64,000 nucleotides of DNA from IMG/VR virus record IMGVR_UViG_3300028581_000013; one strand, given 5' to 3'. The notes beneath the pieces were generated by a model. The model was not told the origin of the DNA and made no database searches. It worked only from the letters and a program-made list of their open reading frames with translations. Both the position numbers and the translations under genes were made by a program. Position 1 is the first letter of the stretch; every line of letters begins with the position of its first letter. Shown in pieces: positions 57,894-64,000 of this stretch. Source of the stretch: a virus.

Positions 57894-58610
57894 ATGAATT
57901 CTTTGTTTTTTTCGTATAATATGGATGTAGATAAGGCTTACATCATTCGGGTTAAAGATAATAAAAAATCTGAAGATGTGGCCTTACGATGTGCCGAATC
58001 TTGTAATCAAGTAAAAATGCCTTACGAGTATTGGGATGCGTATGATGGTTATTCTCGGCGCATCAAAGAGCCGGAACATTCTAAAAATAGTTCAGTAATG
58101 AAAATGATGAAAATCACAGATCATTACTTGACGAGAGGTGAAGTGGCTTGTGCATTGTCCCATATTTCTTTGTGGGCTAAGTGTGTTGAGATAGACCAAC
58201 CAATTGTTATTTTAGAACATGATTCGATTATGGTTCAACCATATCTCAAGCATGCCGTATTTAATTCAATCGCATATCTAGGTAATAATGAACAGGTCAA
58301 CGGTGGTTGGCCAGTTCTACCAACACCTACTCATGCATCAGAAGGACCAAACTATCATTTTATTTGTAGGGCTCATGCATATGCCATTGATCCTGCTGTG
58401 GCAAAAAATATGATTTCTCATGTAATTAAATTTGGTATCTGTGCGCCATTAGATATCATTCTTCGAGCCGATATATTTCCAATTTATCAGATGGGTATCT
58501 ACGCCTATGATGTTAAAGAAAGAGAAGAAGATGGTAATCTTAAAACAACCATACTTGGCAGACCTCTAGAAGGCCGTTCAACAATTCGTAATGATAGATT
58601 AGAAACATGA
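57894..58610 (+). CDS. glycosyltransferase family 25
   Basis: WDAYDG, LTRGEVACALSH..LW..C......IVILEHD, AHAYAI.P..AK, PLD. Confidence 0.85.
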   Translation: MNSLFFSYNMDVDKAYIIRVKDNKKSEDVALRCAESCNQVKMPYEYWDAYDGYSRRIKEPEHSKNSSVMKMMKITDHYLTRGEVACALSHISLWAKCVEIDQPIVILEHDSIMVQPYLKHAVFNSIAYLGNNEQVNGGWPVLPTPTHASEGPNYHFICRAHAYAIDPAVAKNMISHVIKFGICAPLDIILRADIFPIYQMGIYAYDVKEREEDGNLKTTILGRPLEGRSTIRNDRLET

Positions 58611-59188
58611 AATTAACCGTAAGATTCCACGACCACACAATTAGAAGTTTTCAACACATTGTAAGTTCAATTGGCTTTCCAAAAGTATCAATTGAAATAG
58701 GATGTTTTGAAGGTGACAGCACATTTAACATAACTGGTATTTGTCATCAACAAAATTCAAATTATAAACATTACGCAATTGATCCATACGACAATAGTGA
58801 TGACTTGCCTGAAAAAAATATACCACAGACCAAAGAAATGTTTTTAAGTAACTTAGAAGAATTTGAACCTAAAGGTGTGGTGGAGTTTATTAATAAAAAA
58901 TCTTTTGATGGATTGATTGACTTATATAATCGTGGTGTCAAAGCCGATTTTATCTATGTTGATGGAGATCACCGAGCACCAGGTGTATTACAAGATTGTG
59001 TTTTAGGATTTGAATTGTTGAATAAAGGTGGTGTAATGTTATTTGATGACAGTATGGTGTGGAGAAAAGATAACAACCCATGCAACTCGCCTAAAATGGC
59101 AGTAGATAATTTCATGCAATGTTATTGGGATAAATTAGAAATTTTTGAGTTACCTAGTGGTTATCAATCTGCTGTTCGTAAATTATGA
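58607..59188 (+). CDS. class I SAM-dependent methyltransferase (Methyltransf_24-like)
   Basis: IEIGCFEGDS, AIDPY, DFIYVDGDH, LL.KGGVMLFDD. Confidence 0.88.
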   Translation: MKLTVRFHDHTIRSFQHIVSSIGFPKVSIEIGCFEGDSTFNITGICHQQNSNYKHYAIDPYDNSDDLPEKNIPQTKEMFLSNLEEFEPKGVVEFINKKSFDGLIDLYNRGVKADFIYVDGDHRAPGVLQDCVLGFELLNKGGVMLFDDSMVWRKDNNPCNSPKMAVDNFMQCYWDKLEIFELPSGYQSAVRKL

Positions 59189-60018
59189 TTCATGTTGTAT
59201 TAAGGACTTGTAATAGAACTTCTCTACAGTCCGATAGAATAGTAAATAAATCTGAATGTATTCTTCGGTGTTTAAATTCAATTATCACCAATCTCAAAAA
59301 TATACCAGAAAAATCATTACACATTATTGATGATAACTCTGTTGCTGAATTTCAGGACATACTTAAAGAACTGATTCAACCACACGATTTCGTCACAATC
59401 AATTTTTTACCACCAAGAAATCAAGAAGGATTATCACCTAAGAAAAAATCTAGGCACTCAGTTCAAGTAGCCTACGAATACATCTACAATTTACCTGATG
59501 ATGATTTGGTGTACATTGTAGAAGATGACTATCTACATTTTTCAGGTGCCATTGGTGAAATGATTGAATCGTGGACATATCTTTCATCGGTTACTGGTTT
59601 AGAAATAGGTATTTTTCCACAAGATTTCAATCAACTATATTATCATCCAAGTCATCCATATAATGAAACATATTATAGGCCATGTTTTGTTGTTCCTACA
59701 CAGCATAGATATTATAGAAGCACATGGTTTACACAAGAATCATTTATGATTCAAGCCAAGATATTTAAAAAGTATAAAGAACACTTTGATAAGTTATTAA
59801 TTATTGGTGAAAAAGAACATCATTGGGAAGGTAACACGATATCCACGGTGTGGAATAAACCAGAATTTAAAATGTTTATGCCAATGGGTTCACTAGTGGT
59901 ACATATGTCAAACAAAATGGACATACCGTTTTATATAACGAAAGATGCCGTAATTAAATTATGGGAAGAAAACAAAACATACTGGTCGTTGGAACAGGAT
60001 TCTCAGGTTCAGTTATAA
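59185..60018 (+). CDS. putative GT-A fold glycosyltransferase
   Basis: CLNSI, HIIDDNS, VYIVEDDYLH (DxD-like). Confidence 0.72.
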   Translation: MIHVVLRTCNRTSLQSDRIVNKSECILRCLNSIITNLKNIPEKSLHIIDDNSVAEFQDILKELIQPHDFVTINFLPPRNQEGLSPKKKSRHSVQVAYEYIYNLPDDDLVYIVEDDYLHFSGAIGEMIESWTYLSSVTGLEIGIFPQDFNQLYYHPSHPYNETYYRPCFVVPTQHRYYRSTWFTQESFMIQAKIFKKYKEHFDKLLIIGEKEHHWEGNTISTVWNKPEFKMFMPMGSLVVHMSNKMDIPFYITKDAVIKLWEENKTYWSLEQDSQVQL

Positions 60019-60962
60019 CCAGAGAACTGGCCAATCGTGGTTACAATATTACCATAATTGACCAAAGAGGCCATATTGGTGGCAACTGTTATGATGAGAT
60101 GATAGATGGTGTTCTAGTACACCGCTACGGACCGCACATCCTACACACAAATAACAATAGAGTAATTGAATGGTTGTCCCAATACACCGAATGGGTACCA
60201 TACCAACATAAAGTCAAAGCATATCACAAAGGCCAATATCTAACTTTACCACCTAATTTGGAAACACAAAAAATATTAGGTGATAAATTGTTTGAAACTC
60301 TGTATGTGCCTTATTCTAAAAAGATGTGGGGCTTGCCGACCGATAAGATTGATAGTAGTATATTAAATCGTATCAAACTAAGAAATGATTTAAACGAATT
60401 ATATTTTCCAAATGATGAATACCAATGCCTACCCAAAGGTGGTTATAATAAACTATTTGGAAATATATTAAATCATTCAAATATAAAAATAAAATTAAAC
60501 ACCAAGTTTTCTAAAGAAATGGAAACTGAATATGATTTTGTTTTTAATTCAATGGCAATAGATGAGTATTATGATTACTGTCATGGTGAATTACCATATC
60601 GGTCAATCAAGTTTCATTTTACCGATAAATCTTACTTTGATATGCCAACATCGGTAGTTAATTTTACGGATGATGGACCATATACACGCATTACAAAATG
60701 GGAATTGTTTCCTGAACATGGATTTGGTGAGAGATATACATTAGAAGAACCTTGTGATTACCGAGATAATAATTATGAACGGTATTATCCAGTAAAAGAT
60801 TCAGAAGGTTTAAATCGAGCAATATATAATAAGTATAAGGACATAAAAAACGACAAGGTCCAGTTTATTGGTAGATGTGGATTGTATGTTTATATCGATA
60901 TGGATATGGCAATCAGTTCATCATTGGCAATCGTTGATAATTTTATTAAGGAACAAATATGA
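59961..60962 (+). CDS. glf: UDP-galactopyranose mutase
   Basis: VVGTGFSG, R.HIGGNCYD, VHRYGPHILHT, YS.K.WG, P..GY, LPYRS, YTRI, RYYP, F.GR...Y.Y.DMD. Confidence 0.93.
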   Translation: MGRKQNILVVGTGFSGSVITRELANRGYNITIIDQRGHIGGNCYDEMIDGVLVHRYGPHILHTNNNRVIEWLSQYTEWVPYQHKVKAYHKGQYLTLPPNLETQKILGDKLFETLYVPYSKKMWGLPTDKIDSSILNRIKLRNDLNELYFPNDEYQCLPKGGYNKLFGNILNHSNIKIKLNTKFSKEMETEYDFVFNSMAIDEYYDYCHGELPYRSIKFHFTDKSYFDMPTSVVNFTDDGPYTRITKWELFPEHGFGERYTLEEPCDYRDNNYERYYPVKDSEGLNRAIYNKYKDIKNDKVQFIGRCGLYVYIDMDMAISSSLAIVDNFIKEQI

Positions 60963-61789
60963 AAAAGATTTTAATTATGGGTTTACCTGGTGCCGGTAAA
61001 ACATTTTTGGCTGAAGCATTGAAAAAATACCTAGAAAAACATGGTGAACGAGCCGATTATGGTGAAATGTTACCTATCACAGGATTTAATGCTCAAGTAA
61101 CTTGGTTCAATGCTGATGATGTTCGTAAAAAATTCAATGATTGGGATTTCTCTAAAGAAGGACGTATTCGGCAATCATTAAGAATGGCACAGTTTGCATT
61201 TGAAGCTGGTGGTGATTATGTTATTTGTGATTTCGTGGCACCTATTCCAGAGATGAGAAACAATTTCAAAGCCGATTGGACAATTTGGGTTGACACAATT
61301 GAAGCTGGTCGTTATGAAGATACTAATAAAATGTTTGTACCACCAGATGTATATGACTTCCGTGTTACAGAACAAAATGCGGAGAAATGGGCTGAGTTTA
61401 TTGGTAATCACATTATTGAAAATCGTAGGCGTCCTGTGTTTGACTGGAAGAAAGAAACAGTTCAAATGTTGGGTCGCTGGCAACCATGGCATGAAGGTCA
61501 CCGAGCATTGTTTGACCGAGCCATTGCCAAAACTGGTCAGGTAGTCATTCAAATTCGAGATTGCCAAGGATGGCAAGGTTCTAATCCGTTTGCCATTGAA
61601 CAAGTTAAATCGTATATCCGTAGAGATTTGGATCCAATCTATCAAGGCCAATACGAGATTCAAGTGGTACCTAATATCGTCAATATCACCTATGGTCGTG
61701 ATGTAGGATACAAAATCGAACAAGAAACCTTTGATAAATCAATCACCGACATTTCAGCCACCAAGATTCGTAAGCAAATGGGAGTCTAA
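60959..61789 (+). CDS. cysC: adenylylsulfate (APS) kinase-like domain fused to HxGH nucleotidyltransferase domain
   Basis: MGLPGAGKT P-loop, NADDVR....DWDFS.EGR.RQ, CDFVAP; C-domain LGRWQPWHEGH and ISATKIRKQM. Confidence 0.78.
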   Translation: MKKILIMGLPGAGKTFLAEALKKYLEKHGERADYGEMLPITGFNAQVTWFNADDVRKKFNDWDFSKEGRIRQSLRMAQFAFEAGGDYVICDFVAPIPEMRNNFKADWTIWVDTIEAGRYEDTNKMFVPPDVYDFRVTEQNAEKWAEFIGNHIIENRRRPVFDWKKETVQMLGRWQPWHEGHRALFDRAIAKTGQVVIQIRDCQGWQGSNPFAIEQVKSYIRRDLDPIYQGQYEIQVVPNIVNITYGRDVGYKIEQETFDKSITDISATKIRKQMGV

Positions 61790-61791
61790 CC

Positions 61792-61834
61792 AAATGTGGA
61801 TGATTTATAAATATAGTATAAATCACCCATATTT
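61792..61834 (+). promoter_or_regulatory. 18-bp inverted repeat enclosing a T4 late promoter
   Basis: AAATGTGGATGATTTATA-aatatag-TATAAATCACCCATATTT; TATAAATA at 61806-61813. Confidence 0.7.
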
Positions 61835-61848
61835 TAGGATAGATTCAA

Positions 61849-63576
61849 ATGACCACAAAGATTCTTGGAAACCAGATCACCAGTTACACAATTGACACAG
61901 TACAATTAAGTAATACAGCCACGGCAGCCTTTGCCAAAACACTAGCACCTAAAGTTCTCTATGCCAACGTGGCCAGTAATACCTTTACAGTATTAAATGA
62001 TACAGCGGTTAACGTAGGTGGTGGTTACATTGTTGTTACTGGTGCCGAATTTCAATCTGGTGCCACCATATTAATCGACACAACTCCTGCTTCAGCCGTT
62101 ACATATGTAAATTCAACAACACTACAAGTTCAAGTTCCTACAAAATCAGCGGCATCTTATAATCTTTATGTGGTTAATCCTGATGGTGGCGTTGGTATTA
62201 AAGTTGCTGGTATCACATACAGCTCTGAACCTTCTTGGATCACTGCAAGTCCATTGGCAAATCAAGAAGCCAATACAGCCTTTGGTGTTAACCTTAGTGC
62301 TACTAGTGCAACATCTTATTCTTTAGCAGCCGGCTCTACATTACCAACCGGTACAACATTAGCTGCCAACGGATATTTCTCTGGTACAGTTTCTATTGGT
62401 GCTCAAACCACATACACATTTAGTGTTGTAGCTACAGATGCTGAGTTACAAGATTCAAGCAAAACATTCCAAGTAACTGTGACACTAACACCGCTGACAA
62501 GATTATATTCTTGGGGTATGAATGGATTTGGTGTTGGAGGTTTAAATACAAGTGGGGGATACACGCTTAGTCCAACACAAGTAGGAACAGGAACAACTTG
62601 GAAGTCAGTAAGTAGCCGTGCAACCAATTCTGCAGCTATCAGAAACGATGGTACTCTATGGACTTGGGGATACAATACTAATGGCCAGTTAGGTCATAAT
62701 GATACAGTTTACGCCAGATCCAGCCCAACACAGGTAGGAACAGCAACAACATGGAACCTTGTTAGTGTTGGTAACTACAGTATTATGGCCACCAAGACTG
62801 ACGGCACCTTGTGGTCCTGGGGCGTTAACACACAAGGACAGTTAGGACTTGGTAATACAGTTGCCAGATCCAGTCCAGTACAAGTAGGAGCAGGAACAGA
62901 TTGGTACCGTATTGACACTTCTTCAGCATCTTCTATTGCTATCAAAACTGATGGCACATTGTGGGCTTGGGGCCAAGGCTACATGGGCAAATTAGGACTT
63001 GGCGATACAGTTGATAGATCCAGCCCCGTACAGGTGGGTGCAAATACCACGTGGAATAGAATAAGTATTAGCACCTCTCAGTGTTTAGCTATTAAGACTG
63101 ACGGTACCTTGTGGGCATGGGGCAGAAATGACAACTACGGTTCTTTAGGACTCAACGAAATTTCAACTTATACAAAACTCAGTCCTACACAAATTGGTAC
63201 ATCAACTAATTGGAGTCTGGTTAGTGGTGGAGAGTATGGTTCTATGGCCACCAAGACTGACGGTACTTTGTGGACCTGGGGTCGCAATAATGTTGGACAG
63301 TTAGGACTCGGTAACATCAGTAATAGGTCCAGCCCAACACAGGTGGGAACAGGAACAAATTGGAATTTAATAAGTGCATCTTCAACCGGTAGTCAGAATA
63401 GATTGGCCACCAAGACAGATGGCACAATGTGGGCCTGGGGTGACAATAGTAACGGGCAGTTAGGACAAAATAATCAAACCAACCGATCCAGTCCTGTGCA
63501 AGTGGGAGCAAGCACCACGTGGAGTTTTATAAGTGCAGGACGAGGTGTTCTTGCCATTACTTCAATTGCTCCATAA
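61849..63576 (+). CDS. IPT/Ig stalk plus RCC1-like 7-blade propeller
   Basis: LNDTAVNVGGGY stalk, LPTGTTLAANG, seven blade repeats. Confidence 0.88.
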   Translation: MTTKILGNQITSYTIDTVQLSNTATAAFAKTLAPKVLYANVASNTFTVLNDTAVNVGGGYIVVTGAEFQSGATILIDTTPASAVTYVNSTTLQVQVPTKSAASYNLYVVNPDGGVGIKVAGITYSSEPSWITASPLANQEANTAFGVNLSATSATSYSLAAGSTLPTGTTLAANGYFSGTVSIGAQTTYTFSVVATDAELQDSSKTFQVTVTLTPLTRLYSWGMNGFGVGGLNTSGGYTLSPTQVGTGTTWKSVSSRATNSAAIRNDGTLWTWGYNTNGQLGHNDTVYARSSPTQVGTATTWNLVSVGNYSIMATKTDGTLWSWGVNTQGQLGLGNTVARSSPVQVGAGTDWYRIDTSSASSIAIKTDGTLWAWGQGYMGKLGLGDTVDRSSPVQVGANTTWNRISISTSQCLAIKTDGTLWAWGRNDNYGSLGLNEISTYTKLSPTQIGTSTNWSLVSGGEYGSMATKTDGTLWTWGRNNVGQLGLGNISNRSSPTQVGTGTNWNLISASSTGSQNRLATKTDGTMWAWGDNSNGQLGQNNQTNRSSPVQVGASTTWSFISAGRGVLAITSIAP

Positions 63577-63649
63577 AATAATATGAAAAAACTTTTAATT
63601 ACTCTACTCTTAACCTATCACTAAAAATTAATACAATTTCTTTTTTGTC

Positions 63650-64000
63650 ATGACATACTCTCAGCTTCCTTTTAATGGACAAACCAAGATTATCAATGGT
63701 GTCAGCTATGTGTATACGTCTGCAAATAATTCTTGGACTGTAGGCACAGGTATACCAAGTTCAACCGAAATTGTTTATGCTGATGTTGTATACATTACTA
63801 GCACCAATGGTATAAATTTTTCTGATGGTACAAGACAAACCACAGCGGTAGCATTAGACTCTTGGGTTCGTGGCCATGCAAATGCTTCTTATAATACAGC
63901 CAATGCTTCGTTTACAAAAGCAAATACTGGTGTAACACTAGCACAAGCTGCTTATGATTTTGCCAATAATTTAAGTGGTGGTACCGCACAAGACGGATTT
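63650..64000 (+). CDS. fibre protein, truncated by the window end (paralog of 45828-47165)
   Basis: Own translation: MTYSQLPFNGQTKIINGVSYVYTSANNSW...FSDGTRQTTA...ANASYNTANASFTKAN; open to the window end. Confidence 0.75.
   Translation, partial: MTYSQLPFNGQTKIINGVSYVYTSANNSWTVGTGIPSSTEIVYADVVYITSTNGINFSDGTRQTTAVALDSWVRGHANASYNTANASFTKANTGVTLAQAAYDFANNLSGGTAQDGF

Noticed and set aside
66-63511. Numerous short antisense or alternate-frame ORFs in the track (e.g. 4818-5294, 14633-15103, 56591-57079, 61178-61723)
   Set aside because: They overlap well-supported genes, have no motifs, and are expected shadows of biased codon usage
63583-63624. Mini-ORF MKKLLITLLLTYH resembling a signal-peptide start
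   Set aside because: Only 13 codons, no SD and out of frame with 63650; possibly a remnant, but unsupported
1-64000. tRNA, rRNA, introns, homing endonucleases, IS elements
   Set aside because: No such signatures were seen by eye and intergenic gaps are too short; the TnsA-like fold at 10064 is the core gp4 gene, not a transposase

Overview
This window is part of a large, AT-rich T4-like myovirus genome, with no host chromosomal DNA. (1) 1-3.9 kb, + strand: SleB-type cell-wall hydrolase, gp33, a prolyl 4-hydroxylase, gp59, a HAD nucleotidase, gp32 and an unlisted 42-aa secreted peptide, ending at a bidirectional terminator. (2) 4-10.5 kb, - strand: gp4, gp2, gp54/tube-like, gp26, gp51-like and two paralogous tape-measure/hub-like proteins, one with a GH19 lytic domain. 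(3) 10.5-32 kb: baseplate genes gp48, gp53, gp27-like, a gp5 split in three, gp25, gp6, gp7, gp8 and a 2116-aa VrlC-like protein. (4) 32-64 kb: an unusually large fibre/adhesin region with a collagen-like protein beside a 2OG-Fe(II) hydroxylase, plug-and-socket fibre segments and five 7-blade RCC1-type propellers. It is interrupted by a sulfation/glycosylation/methylation cluster with its own sigma70-type promoter. The main candidates for novelty are a -1 frameshift joining gp26 to gp51 in a lambda G/GT-like position, a modular D-x-G-x-F plug / gp37-N socket fibre-chaining system, and a possible phage-encoded system that hydroxylates, glycosylates and sulfates surfaces, including a mini PAPS-synthase-like fusion. 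All assignments come from motif recognition and synteny; no searches were run.
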